A DNA stretch of 62,062 nt from Chloroflexota bacterium (GCA_030550675.1 JAUQOW010000001.1:1-62062); one strand, 5' to 3'; shown: positions 17,852 through 33,058, counted from the stretch's first letter. Numbers and translations: made by a program. The notes: a model not told the origin generated them from the sequence alone.

Positions 17852-19360
17852 TCACTTCTTTCCGCTTGCCAGCGCCAGAATGCGTTCCTGAGTCGCCTCC
17901 TCGCGCGACAGCTCTCCAGCGAGTCGCCCTTCGCACATTACCAGAATGCGATCACTCATCGCCAGCACTTCCGGCAACTCCGAGGAAATGAGCAGGATCG
18001 CCATGCCGCGATGCGCGAGTTCATCGATCAAGCCGTGGATCTCCGCCTTGGCGCCGACGTCAATCCCGCGAGTAGGTTCATCCAGCAACAGCACTTTGAG
18101 ATCAGCGGCCAGCCATTTTGCCAGAACCACTTTCTGCTGGTTACCGCCGGACAGCGATTCGACTGGCAGATCGATACGCGGAGGTTTCACTTGAAGCTCA
18201 TGCACATAGCGTTGAGCTACTGAATCTAGAACAGACCGATCAATAATATGACGCCATCGCGCTATCTGACGCAAAACAGCGAGAGTCACATTATTTCCCA
18301 CGGTCATGCCGAGCACCAATCCCTGTGCTTTGCGATCTTCAGGTACATACCCGATGCCAAATTCGCGCGCTTCTTGTGGAGAACGGATACGCACTTCTTT
18401 ACCATTGAGACGAATGATTCCTTTGTCAATGCGATCAGCTCCAAAAATAGCGCGCGCCACTTCAGTGCGCCCCGAGCCAACTAGTCCGGCAAGACCGACG
18501 ACTTCACCAGCGCGGATGTGAAATGAGATGTCTTCGATGATACCATGGCGGGTCAGTCCCTGCACTTCCAGCACAATGTCACCCGGAGTCGTCGGTCGTT
18601 TAGGATAGAGGTTATCAATCGAGCGCCCGACCATCATTGTGATCAGTCGGGCATCCGTGGCTTCGTTAATCGGCAGAGCGCCAGCGTTCTTTCCATCGCG
18701 TAGCACCACAACCCGATCACAAATGGCGCGCACTTCGTTCAAACGATGTGAGACAAACACGACTCCTAGTCCACGTTCGCGCAGACGTCGAATGATGTCG
18801 AAGAGATGCTCCACTTCATCATCAGGCAAAGCGGAAGTGGGTTCGTCCATAACAATGAGGCGCGCATCGAGCGCCAGCGCCTTGGCGATCTCAGTCAACT
18901 GCTGGAAGGCGACTGACAATTCACCGACTTTGCGCTGAAGATCAAGCCCGGTGATGCCAAGTTGCGCAAGCAGTTCTGCGGTTTCCCGTTCGCGCCGTCG
19001 ATGGTCGAGAATGCCAATCTTCCCCAACACCCCGTTCATGCGCTGCGGATGGTGCAGAAAGACATTCTCTGCGACTGTCTGGTTGGGAGTCAGGTTGAGT
19101 TCCTGGTAGATGACGGCGATGCCAAGGCGTTGAGCGTCTTGTGGGGTATGGATCGCGACGGGCTTTCCATCAATAAAAATGGCGCCCTGATCCATCCGAT
19201 GGACGCCTGCGAGAATTTTGATCAGCGTGGATTTGCCTGCGCCATTTTCTCCGAGCAGCCCGACGACTTCACCCCGATCGACGGAGAAATCTACCCTTTC
19301 CAACGCCTGTGTCCCGCCGAAGCGCTTGCTAATGCCTTGCATTTCCAGCAACACTGGCAT
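17852..19360 (-). CDS. Sugar ABC transporter ATP-binding protein (RbsA-like, two NBDs)
   Basis: [35 protein letters not shown]. Confidence 0.95.
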   Translation of the reverse strand: MPVLLEMQGISKRFGGTQALERVDFSVDRGEVVGLLGENGAGKSTLIKILAGVHRMDQGAIFIDGKPVAIHTPQDAQRLGIAVIYQELNLTPNQTVAENVFLHHPQRMNGVLGKIGILDHRRRERETAELLAQLGITGLDLQRKVGELSVAFQQLTEIAKALALDARLIVMDEPTSALPDDEVEHLFDIIRRLRERGLGVVFVSHRLNEVRAICDRVVVLRDGKNAGALPINEATDARLITMMVGRSIDNLYPKRPTTPGDIVLEVQGLTRHGIIEDISFHIRAGEVVGLAGLVGSGRTEVARAIFGADRIDKGIIRLNGKEVRIRSPQEAREFGIGYVPEDRKAQGLVLGMTVGNNVTLAVLRQIARWRHIIDRSVLDSVAQRYVHELQVKPPRIDLPVESLSGGNQQKVVLAKWLAADLKVLLLDEPTRGIDVGAKAEIHGLIDELAHRGMAILLISSELPEVLAMSDRILVMCEGRLAGELSREEATQERILALASGKK

Positions 19361-19518
19361 GATTGAGACCCCGATGTCATGGCACAGAACAACATTGTGC
19401 CCTGTGGCGCGCTCCGAAGTCAAGCGCTCCGAAGCAGACGAGGCGCCTGTTGTTTCAACTGACTGCGCGCTATCATAACACAAGATGCGCTGAGACAGAC
19501 AAAATATCTGTCGTTGGA

Positions 19519-21348
19519 CTATAGCGGAAACACAACCGGCACAACCAGGAGCGACGCGATCAGCACCAGGACGAGCAACGGCGTTCCGACTCGCACAAAA
19601 TCGTTAAAGCGGTAATCTCCCGGTCCCAGCACCAGCGTATTGACCGGCGAGGCGATCGGGGTGGCAAAGGCGGTTGATGCAGCAATAGCAACGATCATCA
19701 GCAGCGGATAGGGCGACACGCTGAGTTCTGCCGCCGCCTGCAACGCAATCGGCGCCATCAGAACCGTCGTTGCGGTGTTTGAAATGAACTGGCTGAAGAG
19801 CGCCGTCAGCACGAACAGGCCGGCCATAAGCGCCAGCGGACCCAACGCGCCAAGCGTCGCCGTCAGACCGCTCGCCATCAACTGCAACCCGCCGGTCTTG
19901 TCAAGCGCCGTCGCCATCGGCAGCATCCCTGCGATCAGCACCACGCTCTCCCAGTTGATCGCGCGGTACCCCTCTTCCATCGACACGCAGCCGGTCAGCA
20001 CCATGGCGACGGCAGCCAGCAGTACGGCAGTCACCATCGGCAACACATCGAACGAGATCAGGATCAGCATGCCCAGCATAATCGCCAGTGCGATTGGAGC
20101 GCGTCGGGTTCGAGCGCGGTCAGTCGAAGGACGCCGCACCTCGCCGACGACGACGAAATCATCGCGTTCATCGAGCAGCGAGGCGATTCGTTCCCAGGTT
20201 CCCTGCACCAGCAGCGTATCGCCAAACCGCAGTTCCACCCGTGATGTTGGCGCATCGAGCGGAGCGCCCAACCGCAGGATTGCCAGCGCCAGCATCTGAT
20301 ATGTATCCTGGAAGCGCGCCTCGCGCAGCGATTTCCCGATCAGGCGCGAACGCGGCGTCAGCACCAGTTCCACGATGCCTGTTTCCTCGGTGATCAGATC
20401 ATCAGGGCTGACGCCGGTCGCAAGCACCCGTACATGCTGCTCTCTCGCCAACCGCGCCACGTCCTCCGCCGAGCCTTTGACCAGCAGCACATCCATCGGT
20501 TGCAGCTTCAGATCCGAACCGGCGATGCGCGGTGCAATCGTCATACCTCCGCGAGCGTGCGGCTCGACATCGACCACATTGACGCGATAACGGGCGCGCA
20601 GGCTCGCCTGCGCCAGCGTCTGACCGACCAGCGGCGACGACGGTTCGATCTGCACGCGCGCCAGCTTGCCGGGGAGGTCGTACAATGCCAGCAGGGTGGC
20701 GGGATCGATCGGCGGTTTGCCATTCTCCGACGCCGCCGAAAGGTGGGCGCGCGCAGGCAACAAATGCCGCCCGACGGTGATCATGTACCCGATGCCAATC
20801 GCCAGCATCACGATGCCTATCGGCGTAAAGGAGAAGAAACCGAACGGCGAAAGCCCCGCCGCCTGCAACTGATTGCTGACGACGATGTTAGGAGGCGTTC
20901 CGATCAGAGTCAGCATTCCGCCCATGAGCGAACCATACGCCAGCGGCAGCAGCAGTTTCGCCGGGCTGACGCCAGCCCGTTGCGCCAGGCTGACCGCCAC
21001 CGGCAGAAAGACAGCGACGGTTCCAGTTGAACTGAGAAATGCTGAAAGAAAGGCGACAATCAGCATGATTACGGCAATCAGGCGCGCTTCCCCGGCGCCA
21101 GCGAATCGCATCAATTGTCGCCCCAGCGCATCGGCGACGCCGGTCTGGAATAAGCCAGCGCCGACGATGAACAGCCCGGCAATGATCAGCACAATTGGAT
21201 CGGAAAATCCAGCAAGCGCCTCGGCTGGCGTGAGGATCCCGCCTAACAGCAGCGCCAATAGCGCCAGTAGCGCTACCACATCCAGGCGGAGCCGATCGCT
21301 GGCAAACAGGATGACCGTCAGCGCCAGCACACCGAAGACATATAGCAT
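19519..21348 (-). CDS. SLC13/CitMHS-family permease with TrkA-C domains
   Basis: TLIGTPPNI, two RCK-C-like repeats, FISNTAT, FATPIASPVN, GDYRFNDF. Confidence 0.9.
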   Translation of the reverse strand: MLYVFGVLALTVILFASDRLRLDVVALLALLALLLGGILTPAEALAGFSDPIVLIIAGLFIVGAGLFQTGVADALGRQLMRFAGAGEARLIAVIMLIVAFLSAFLSSTGTVAVFLPVAVSLAQRAGVSPAKLLLPLAYGSLMGGMLTLIGTPPNIVVSNQLQAAGLSPFGFFSFTPIGIVMLAIGIGYMITVGRHLLPARAHLSAASENGKPPIDPATLLALYDLPGKLARVQIEPSSPLVGQTLAQASLRARYRVNVVDVEPHARGGMTIAPRIAGSDLKLQPMDVLLVKGSAEDVARLAREQHVRVLATGVSPDDLITEETGIVELVLTPRSRLIGKSLREARFQDTYQMLALAILRLGAPLDAPTSRVELRFGDTLLVQGTWERIASLLDERDDFVVVGEVRRPSTDRARTRRAPIALAIMLGMLILISFDVLPMVTAVLLAAVAMVLTGCVSMEEGYRAINWESVVLIAGMLPMATALDKTGGLQLMASGLTATLGALGPLALMAGLFVLTALFSQFISNTATTVLMAPIALQAAAELSVSPYPLLMIVAIAASTAFATPIASPVNTLVLGPGDYRFNDFVRVGTPLLVLVLIASLLVVPVVFPL

Positions 21349-21513
21349 GGCTCAATACCTCACCAGCGTTCGCTGCGGGCTAATTGGTCCGTAAACGAAG
21401 TTTATGACTTTTTGCGGCTCCGAGCGTGCAAAGGTTTACCGTATCAGGACGCAGCAAGCTTCTCGCCTCGTCTGACCGGTAAATCACCGGAAAACGTGCT
21501 TTACAGACTAATC

Positions 21514-21670
21514 AGCCCGCAGCGCAGCGGACGCGCAACCCGGCAACAGAGATCTAACGGCTTCATTATCATAATCCTCATTAGCTCTGCCTGAGATTCG
21601 TGCCAGCCCCAAAGGGACTTCCACGCTCTGAGCGAGGGCTTTAGCCCGCAGCACAGCGGACGCGCGCGGC
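21514..21670. repeat. About 129-bp-period REP/BIME-like repeats
   Basis: agcccgcagc(g/a)cagcggacgcgc at 21514 and 21643; gggctttagccc. Confidence 0.7.
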
Positions 21671-21809
21671 ATCTCCCGATACATCGCGGCATGCCCGCAT
21701 CCGGGTAACGGGCGCATACTCGCCGCTTGCCTCTCGTCACTCATCATTTGTCACCCGTCACTCATATATAATGACCGCTCGAAAGAGTCTCTGCGCCGAG
21801 AAAATAATA

Positions 21810-22982
21810 ATGCACCTCGCCATCAACGGCATGTTCTGGTCCCAACCGACGGTTGGCAGCGGGCAGTATCTGCGCATGCTCGTGCATGCCCTGCCGGTTG
21901 TCGCGCCGGATGTCCGGCTGACGCTGATCCTGCCCGTGTATCGTGCGGCGGACGAACCGCTCCCACAGAACGTGCAGGCGGTGCATGTGCACACGCCGTT
22001 CGACGGGCGCAGCGAGAATCTGGCGAAGGTCTGGTTCGAGCAGGTCGCTGTCCCGCTTGCGGCGGCGCGCCTGCGCACCGATCTGCTGCACGTCCCCTAT
22101 TTTGCGCCGCCGCTCGTTCCGCCGCTGCCGACGGTCGTCACCATTCTCGACATCATCCCGCTCATTTTGCCAGAGTATCGCGGCAGCGCGGCGGTTCGCC
22201 TCTATATGCGCATGGTGGCGCGCGCCGCGCGGCATGCAACAGAGATCATCGCCATTTCACAGCACGGCGCCAATGACATCGTTCGTCATCTTGGCCGCCG
22301 CGCGGCGCGCGCAACGGTGACCCCGCTTGCAGCTGGCGCGCAGTTCCGTCCCTATGATCGCGCGTGCGCCGAACGAGAAGTCGCAGCGCGCTATGGCGTG
22401 ACGCCGCCGTTCGTCTACTATGTCGGCGGGCTGGACGCGCGCAAGAACCTGACAACGCTCGTGCAGGCGTTTGCGCGTATGCGGCACGCTGGGGGACCAC
22501 CCGCCACCCTGGTGATCGCCGGACGCGCGTCCGGCAACGACCCGCGCATATTCCCTGACCTGAACGCGATCATCGCATCCGCTGGCGCAGATTCGTTCGT
22601 GAAACGCATCGACGTGCCCTACGAGGACGCGCCGCTGCTCTATTCCGCCGCCACAGCGTTCGCCTTTCCGTCGCGCTATGAAGGGTTTGGGCTGCCGCCG
22701 CTCGAAGCCATGGCGTGCGGCACGCCGGTTATCGTCGCCGACGCAACCAGCCTTCCCGAAGTCGTCGGCGATGCGGCGTTGCGCGTTCCGCCGGACGATG
22801 TTCCTGGCTGGACGGCGGCGCTCTGGCGCATGCTGGCGGACGACACGCTGCGCGCCGATCTGTCCCGCCGCGGGCTGGAACGCGCGAGGCGCTTCAGTCC
22901 CGAACGCCTCGCGCGCGAGACGCTGGCGGTGTACGAACGCGCCGTGAACTCACGGGGGGAGCACGCTGCTCAGAAAAGTTGA
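21810..22982 (+). CDS. Glycosyltransferase family 4
   Basis: RKNL, FPSRYEGFGLPPLEAMACGTPV. Confidence 0.93.
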   Translation: MHLAINGMFWSQPTVGSGQYLRMLVHALPVVAPDVRLTLILPVYRAADEPLPQNVQAVHVHTPFDGRSENLAKVWFEQVAVPLAAARLRTDLLHVPYFAPPLVPPLPTVVTILDIIPLILPEYRGSAAVRLYMRMVARAARHATEIIAISQHGANDIVRHLGRRAARATVTPLAAGAQFRPYDRACAEREVAARYGVTPPFVYYVGGLDARKNLTTLVQAFARMRHAGGPPATLVIAGRASGNDPRIFPDLNAIIASAGADSFVKRIDVPYEDAPLLYSAATAFAFPSRYEGFGLPPLEAMACGTPVIVADATSLPEVVGDAALRVPPDDVPGWTAALWRMLADDTLRADLSRRGLERARRFSPERLARETLAVYERAVNSRGEHAAQKS

Positions 22983-23052
22983 CGCACAGGCGCAAAGACG
23001 CAAAGATGGACGGCATATCCTGCGAGACCTTGCGCCTTTGCGCCTGCGCGTC
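22979..23052. repeat. 8-bp-unit inverted-repeat hairpin between the GT4 genes
   Basis: gacgcacaggcgcaaagacgcaaag ... cttgcgcctttgcgcctgcgcgtc. Confidence 0.75.
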
Positions 23053-23067
23053 CGCCTGAGGGGAGCA

Positions 23068-24183
23068 ATGCCGGAGAGAATGCGCATCCTGATGCTTTCC
23101 AAAGCGCTGGTCAACGGCGCTTACCAGAAAAAGTGCGAGGAACTGGCAGCGCTGCCAGACGTTGAGTTGATCGTCGCTGTGCCGCCTGCATGGCGCGAAC
23201 CGCGCGTCGGCGTCATTCCGCTCGAACGGCGCTTCACCCGCGGCTATCGCCTCGTCACGCTGCCGATTGCGTTCAACGGTCGGCACCACCTCCACTTTTA
23301 CCCGACGTTCGGCAGGCTGGCGCGCCAGGTGCGCCCCGATATCCTGCACGCCGACGAGGAGTCGTTCAACCTGGCGACCTTTCTGGCGCTACGCGCCGGT
23401 GTGCGGTGCGGCGCGCGCTGCTGCTTTTACAACTACGCCAATATCGACCGTTTCTACCCGCCGCCGTTCAACCTGTTTGAGCGCTACGCCTTCCGTCATG
23501 CCTCTCACGCTTTTGCGTGCAGCGCCGAGGCAGCCGCAATTATGCGCCGCCATGGGTATGATGGACCGCTCACCATCCTGCCGCAGTTCGGCGTCGATCC
23601 CGACCTCTATGCTCCAGCGCAGCGCGACCGCGAGACGCCTGCGATGGTTGTCGGTTATATCGGGCGCCTGGTGCCGGAAAAGGGAGTGCTCGACCTGGTG
23701 GAAGCCGTGGCGCGACTGCCAGAAACCGTGCGCCTGCGGCTGATTGGCGACGGCGCATCGCGCCCGGTTATCGAAGCGCGGATTGCCGCACTGGGCATCG
23801 GCAGCCGCATCGAACTCCACCCTGCCGTCCCATCGACCCGCGTTCCCGAAGAACTGCGCCGCCTCGACGCACTGGTGCTGCCGTCACGCACGACGCGCAC
23901 CTGGAAGGAACAGTTCGGGCGCATCCTGGTCGAAGCCATGAGCTGCGCGGTTCCGGTGGTCGGTTCCTCATCGGCTGCCATTCCCGACGTCATCGGCGAC
24001 GCCGGGATCATCTATCCAGAAGGCGACATTGCTGCACTCGCCGCGACATTGCAGCGCCTGGCGGATGATCCGGCGCTGCGCAACGAACTCGGACGGCGCG
24101 GACGGGAGCGCGTGCTGGCGCAGTTCACGCAGGCAGCTATTGCCCGGCGATATTATCAGGCGTATCGTTCGATGCTGAATTGA
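23068..24183 (+). CDS. Glycosyltransferase family 4
   Basis: GRLVPEKG, WKEQFGRILVEAMSC. Confidence 0.93.
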   Translation: MPERMRILMLSKALVNGAYQKKCEELAALPDVELIVAVPPAWREPRVGVIPLERRFTRGYRLVTLPIAFNGRHHLHFYPTFGRLARQVRPDILHADEESFNLATFLALRAGVRCGARCCFYNYANIDRFYPPPFNLFERYAFRHASHAFACSAEAAAIMRRHGYDGPLTILPQFGVDPDLYAPAQRDRETPAMVVGYIGRLVPEKGVLDLVEAVARLPETVRLRLIGDGASRPVIEARIAALGIGSRIELHPAVPSTRVPEELRRLDALVLPSRTTRTWKEQFGRILVEAMSCAVPVVGSSSAAIPDVIGDAGIIYPEGDIAALAATLQRLADDPALRNELGRRGRERVLAQFTQAAIARRYYQAYRSMLN

Positions 24184-24360
24184 GATCCACAAGCAGGTGC
24201 AGGTGCGTTATACTAAAGGATAATGGCGATGCTGGCAGTGAGTCGCATCGCCCAATCCGTGAGAATCTGTCACAACCCGTGCGCATCCGTGTTCTATCGC
24301 GCGCCGTGCTCACGGAAGATGCCGTCTGGTCGCTCCATAATCGAACGCTTTGCAAAAATC

Positions 24361-25257
24361 ATGAAGCATATCATCCGCCACAACCGCATCAGCGCGCAGA
24401 CATTGCCAGAGGTTCGGAGGCTGCCAGTATTCCGACGTCTGCCGCGACGCACTGGCGCGCCAGCCACAGCCCGCGCAAAACTTTACTGGACGCTGGGCAA
24501 TCTGCTGATGCTGGCGGGCGCCATCCTGCTGGCGTATGTCGGCGGCATCTACGCACAGGCTGACTTCAACCGCTACGCCGCACGCGGCGACACCGATCTC
24601 CCGCCGCCTGCGCCCGTCGCAGCGCCGCGCGATCCCAACGCAGAACCGGCGCCGTTCGTCGCGCCGCTCCCCTTCGTTGCACCGCGCCTCAACACCGCCG
24701 AAGGACAACTCATCAGCGACGCGCCGGACATTGTCAGATCGCCCGTGTCGTCGCAAATATCGCGCATCATCATCCCAGGCATCGGCGTCGACTCGAAAGT
24801 CGTCGAGGTCGGCTGGGAGATCCAGGAACAGGATGGTCAACAGGTCGCAGTATGGCAGGTCGCGGAGTACGCCGTCGGTCACCATCGCGGATCGGCGAAC
24901 CCAGGCGAAGGAAGCAATATCGTGCTCGCCGGTCACGTCGGCGGGTACGGCAAAGTGTTTAAGGACCTGATCAACGTCAAGGAAGGCGATCAGATCATCC
25001 TGTTCGCTGGCGGTCAGCAATACCTGTATGTCGTTCGTGAGCAGATTTTGGTGCACGAAGAGGGCGTCTCGCCTGAACAGCAGGCGATGAACGCGCTCTA
25101 CATCGCTCCAACGAGCGAAGAGATGGTGACCCTCGTCACCTGTTGGCCCGACCGCGGACCGGACAAATTCAAGTACCGCATCATCGTGCGCGCCGCACCA
25201 TATGGCGCCGCAACCGATGCGCCGTCCACCAATGCCGATGGCTGGAATGCGCGTTGA
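24361..25257 (+). CDS. Sortase
   Basis: N-terminal TM anchor, VLAGH, TLVTCWP and downstream Arg (His-Cys-Arg triad). Confidence 0.9.
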   Translation: MKHIIRHNRISAQTLPEVRRLPVFRRLPRRTGAPATARAKLYWTLGNLLMLAGAILLAYVGGIYAQADFNRYAARGDTDLPPPAPVAAPRDPNAEPAPFVAPLPFVAPRLNTAEGQLISDAPDIVRSPVSSQISRIIIPGIGVDSKVVEVGWEIQEQDGQQVAVWQVAEYAVGHHRGSANPGEGSNIVLAGHVGGYGKVFKDLINVKEGDQIILFAGGQQYLYVVREQILVHEEGVSPEQQAMNALYIAPTSEEMVTLVTCWPDRGPDKFKYRIIVRAAPYGAATDAPSTNADGWNAR

Positions 25258-25316
25258 GGGCATGTGCAGCGCCTGAGAGACCCTATGTCGTCTTGGCGGT
25301 GCGTCGTTGTTCGAAA

Positions 25317-25705
25317 CTGGCATACGCCGCCGCCCGTTCCCTTTGGCAGGTTCAGGACACGGTGGCGCGTCCCCTTCGACAGGCTCAGGGGACGCGCCAC
25401 CGACGGCGCCCAAATATAAGCCCTGGCTGAAATCGGGCAAGCCCCGCAGGGGCTTCAATGGACTCAGCCAGGGCTTTAGCCCGCTGCCCAAAGAACGCAC
25501 AACCGGGCAGCACGGGCATACCGGATGTATTTCTTCGTCCTCATAAGCCCTCGCCGAGATCGAGCAAGCCCCGCAGGGGCTTCAGTGTACTGAGCAAGGG
25601 CTTTAGCCCGCCGCCCAAAACATATGCGACCGGGCGGCAGAGGCAGTATACCGGAGTTATTTCTAAGCCTCAGCTTTAGTCCGCCGCCCAAAGAATACGC
25701 AACTG
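25317..25705. repeat. REP/MITE cluster: family-B hairpin element plus about 127-bp tandem GGGCTTTAGCCC units
   Basis: gcaagccccgcaggggcttca...gggctttagcccg twice (25471, 25598) plus a partial third copy; ctggcatacgccg...ggcgcgtcccct hairpin shared with ~4431. Confidence 0.8.
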
Positions 25706-25845
25706 GCGGACTCATCAATCCCTAGCGAGACGGCGATTTGCGATCCATACACCCTATGCGCATAGGTCCTGAGTCATCGTTTCCGGCATAAAATCGACGG
25801 CAGCATATGACTTCGGGAATGGATCAGGCGAACCAAATAGCCCAC

Positions 25846-25874
25846 TTGTGCGAAAAGAACCTTCGTGCTATAAT
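25846..25874 (+). promoter_or_regulatory. recA sigma70-type promoter with LexA-like box in the spacer
   Basis: TTGTGC-17 bp-TATAAT with extended TG; GAAC-cttc-GTGC at 25857-25868 (one mismatch from GAAC-N4-GTTC). Confidence 0.7.
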
Positions 25875-25944
25875 GCCTTTATGCTAAATAGCGCCGCTTT
25901 GACAGCGCAGGCGCGATCATGTAGAGTCGTAAGGAGAAGCACGA

Positions 25945-27036
25945 GTGAGCACATCAAATGGAGGAGCGCAGGTCATGGCCCTCTCCCCCGAGAAAGAAAA
26001 GGCTCTGGCGGCGGCTATGAGCCAGATCGACCGCAAGTACGGCAAGGGCTCGATCATGCGGATGGGCGAAGCCAGCTCCAAACTGGCGATTGAGGTCATC
26101 CCCACTGGATCGATTGCGCTCGATATCGCGCTTGGCGTCGGCGGCGTGCCGCGTGGCCGCGTGATCGAAATCTACGGTCCTGAGTCCAGCGGGAAAACAA
26201 CCCTGGCGCAGCACATCATCGCCGAAGCGCAGAAGATGGGCGGCGTCGCCGCTTTTATCGACGCCGAGCATGCGTTTGACCCGGTATATGCAAAGCGCTG
26301 CGGCGTCGATGTCGATAATTTGCTCGTCTCTCAGCCGGACTACGGCGAGCAGGCGCTCGAAATCTGCGAGACGCTGGTGCGCTCGAACGCCGTAGACGTT
26401 GTGGTGGTCGACTCAGTCGCTGCGCTGGTGCCGCGCGCCGAGATCGAGGGCGACATGGGCGATTCGCTCCCCGGTTTGCAGGCGCGCCTGATGAGCCAGG
26501 CGTTGCGCAAACTCTCCGGCGCCATCAGCAAATCGCGCGCTGTTGTCATCTTCCTCAACCAGTTGCGCCTGAAGATCGGCGTGATGTTCGGCTCGCCGGA
26601 AACGACCACCGGCGGTCAGGCGCTGAAGTTCTACGCCTCGGTGCGCATGGATATTCGCCGCATTGAGACGATCAAGAACGGGCAGGAGACCATTGGCAGC
26701 CGCACCCGGGTCAAGGTGGTGAAGAATAAAGTCGCGCCTCCCTTCCGCCAGGCGGAGTTCGACATCATGCACAACGAAGGAATCTCGCGCGCGGGCAACA
26801 TCCTCGACGTCGGCGTTGAACTCGACATCATCCGCAAGAGCGGCGCCTGGTTCTACCTCGGCGAAGACCGGCTAGGGCAGGGGCGGGAGAACGCCAAGCA
26901 GTTCCTGAACGAAAATCCGGCGCTGGCGGACGAAATTGAGCGCCTGATCCGCGCCCACGCGATGGCTGCGCCGATCTCAATAGCAACTTCTAAAGCTGAC
27001 GATATCGCGGAGGACGCGGGTTTGTTCGAGGAATGA
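25945..27036 (+). CDS. recA: Recombinase RecA
   Basis: [29 protein letters not shown]; alternative ATG start at 25975. Confidence 0.99.
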   Translation: MSTSNGGAQVMALSPEKEKALAAAMSQIDRKYGKGSIMRMGEASSKLAIEVIPTGSIALDIALGVGGVPRGRVIEIYGPESSGKTTLAQHIIAEAQKMGGVAAFIDAEHAFDPVYAKRCGVDVDNLLVSQPDYGEQALEICETLVRSNAVDVVVVDSVAALVPRAEIEGDMGDSLPGLQARLMSQALRKLSGAISKSRAVVIFLNQLRLKIGVMFGSPETTTGGQALKFYASVRMDIRRIETIKNGQETIGSRTRVKVVKNKVAPPFRQAEFDIMHNEGISRAGNILDVGVELDIIRKSGAWFYLGEDRLGQGRENAKQFLNENPALADEIERLIRAHAMAAPISIATSKADDIAEDAGLFEE

Positions 27037-27042
27037 CCTCCT

Positions 27043-27741
27043 ATGCCGGAAGGAACCATTACCGCGCTGCGCGTCCAGGAACACGATGCGCAACGCGTCA
27101 ACATGTATCTTGACGACGCATTCGCCCTCAGCGTCAGCCTCGCAACCATTGCGCGCGAACGGCTATATGTCGGCATGCATCTCGACGCTGCAACCTTCGC
27201 CCGTCTCGAAGCGGCGGAAAACGTTGAGCGCGCAGTGCGGATCGCGCTGCGCGCCATCGAGGGGCGCCCTCGCTCAGTGGCGGAAATCCGCGACCGCCTG
27301 CAACGTAAGGGGTGCGCGCCTGAAACCATCGATGCAGCCATTGATCGATTGCAAGACAGCGGCTTGATCGACGACGCCGCCTTCGCACGCTTCTGGATTG
27401 AAAACCGGCAGATGTGCCGTCCGCGTGGACGGCAGGCGCTCGCCGATGAACTCCGACGCAAGGGGGTAAGCGCTGAACTCATTGCCAGTGCGCTGAATGC
27501 AACGCTCGCCGACGATGAAGCGACGCGCGCCGAAACGCTGGCGCGTGCAGCGCTGCCTCGGTACGCGGCGATCACTGATTATCAGACGTTCGTCCGTCGG
27601 CTCGGCGGATACCTCCAACGCCGCGGCTTCAGCGCCGAAACCATCCTTCCGATCATTGAACGCCTCTGGAAAGAACGCGGCGGTGAATCGGAAGCCGTGA
27701 ACGACGCCCTTCTCGTCGGGCAGCGACCCGGACCAGAGTAG
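27043..27741 (+). CDS. recX: Regulatory protein RecX
   Basis: Directly after recA; RPRSVAEIRDRL, LIDDAAFA, RGRQALADELRRKGV, YLQRRGF. Confidence 0.92.
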   Translation: MPEGTITALRVQEHDAQRVNMYLDDAFALSVSLATIARERLYVGMHLDAATFARLEAAENVERAVRIALRAIEGRPRSVAEIRDRLQRKGCAPETIDAAIDRLQDSGLIDDAAFARFWIENRQMCRPRGRQALADELRRKGVSAELIASALNATLADDEATRAETLARAALPRYAAITDYQTFVRRLGGYLQRRGFSAETILPIIERLWKERGGESEAVNDALLVGQRPGPE

Positions 27742-27750
27742 AGCACACCT

Positions 27751-28413
27751 ATGGCAGATATTCAGTACCTGGGACATTCGTGCTTCCGCCTGCGCGGACG
27801 CGACGGCATCGTTATTACCGACCCGTATGACCGGTCTGTAGGGCTTGATCTCGGACGTCCAACAGCGCACATTGTAACGGTCAGCCACCACCATCCCGAC
27901 CACGACAATGTCGCCGCCGTACGTCCGGCGCGTGATCGCGTCATGGTGATCGATGGACCGGGCGAGTACGAGGTGGGAGGCGTCCTGATCACTGGCGTGC
28001 GCACGTTCCACGATAAGCAGAAAGGCGCCGAACTTGGACGCAATACGGTCTACGTCATCCACCTCGATGATATTGTCTTTTGTCACCTTGGCGACCTGGC
28101 GCACGAACTGACAGCGCAGCAACTGGAAGAGATCGGCAGCGTGGACGTGCTGTTTGTGCCGGTCGGCGGCGGTGAAACGATCAGTCCGGCAGAGGCGGCG
28201 TCGGTGATCAGTCAGATCGAGCCGCGCATTGTGATTCCGATGCACTACGCGATTGACGGACAATCTGCCATGAATCTGGCGCCGCTCGACAAGTTCCTCC
28301 ACGAACTCGGCATCAAAGAATATACCCCGGAAGAACGACTGTCGCTCAGTGCCAGCAATCTTCCGGGGGATGGCGAACAGACCCGCATCATTGTCATGCG
28401 CCCCGCCGTCTGA
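27751..28413 (+). CDS. MBL-fold metallo-hydrolase
   Basis: YLGHSCF, SHHHPDH, HLGDL, IPMHY. Confidence 0.9.
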   Translation: MADIQYLGHSCFRLRGRDGIVITDPYDRSVGLDLGRPTAHIVTVSHHHPDHDNVAAVRPARDRVMVIDGPGEYEVGGVLITGVRTFHDKQKGAELGRNTVYVIHLDDIVFCHLGDLAHELTAQQLEEIGSVDVLFVPVGGGETISPAEAASVISQIEPRIVIPMHYAIDGQSAMNLAPLDKFLHELGIKEYTPEERLSLSASNLPGDGEQTRIIVMRPAV

Positions 28414-28427
28414 AGCGCGGATTATTG

Positions 28428-28436
28428 TGCTATAAT
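28428..28436 (+). promoter_or_regulatory. Extended -10 promoter element upstream of the pyrG leader
   Basis: TGcTATAAT. Confidence 0.55.
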
Positions 28437-28526
28437 GCACGCGGTATGGGTGAGACGCCAGGAACGTACAGTCAAACGCACTGGTCTCAACGGTGTGCAG
28501 AATCGCCGACAAGGTGCGAGTCTCTC

Positions 28527-28566
28527 GAGGGGAAGGCGGCATCGCCTTCCCCTCAATCTATTTCTT
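28527..28566 (+). terminator. 12-bp hairpin in the pyrG leader (terminator or attenuator candidate)
   Basis: gaggggaaggcg-gcat-cgccttcccctc followed by aatctatttctt. Confidence 0.55.
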
Positions 28567-28601
28567 GCATCGCAACCGTGCTATAAACCGGAAGAAAATA
28601 G

Positions 28602-32524
<3,923 letters not shown>

Positions 32525-32638
32525 GCGTTCAGCAATGCCCGCCGCGCCCTGCACTGCAACATCTCTCCGCAATCAGCGTATTACTATCAGGCGCGAGGCG
32601 TGCAGGAACGAGGTGAGAGGCAAGGAAGGAGATAGACC

Positions 32639-33058
32639 ATGCAGAGTCAACCCGTCATCATCGAGCAGCGCAGCGGACCCAACCTGCTGATTCGTGCGCT
32701 GTATTTTATCGTCTTTGGATGGTGGTTCAGCAGCATCTGGGCTGCTATTGCATGGGTGTTGTGCGTGACAATTATCGGCCTGCCGCTGGGCTTGTGGATG
32801 CTGAACCGACTGCCGCAAGTCGTCACCCTGGCGCCGCAGCGCAACGATCTGGTGATCGCCAATGGTCGCGCGTACTACGCTGATGTGCCGCAACGACCGT
32901 TCCTCCTGCGCGCTGTCTGGTTCGTGCTTGTCGGCTGGTGGCTGAGCGCGCTGTGGCTGGCGCTCGCCTGGGCATTGTGCGCGTCTGTTCTCGGCATGGT
33001 CGTCGCCTTCTGGATGTTCGACCGCGTGCCAGCAATCATCACCCTGGCGCGTCGTTGA
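32639..33058 (+). CDS. YccF-domain membrane protein
   Basis: Two repeats of R-(L/V)-(Y/W)F...GWW...TIIGLPLG. Confidence 0.85.
   Translation: MQSQPVIIEQRSGPNLLIRALYFIVFGWWFSSIWAAIAWVLCVTIIGLPLGLWMLNRLPQVVTLAPQRNDLVIANGRAYYADVPQRPFLLRAVWFVLVGWWLSALWLALAWALCASVLGMVVAFWMFDRVPAIITLARR

Noticed and set aside
25418-25705. Possible CRISPR mini-array
   Set aside because: About 127-bp period with homologous inter-repeat sequence, which fits REP/BIME
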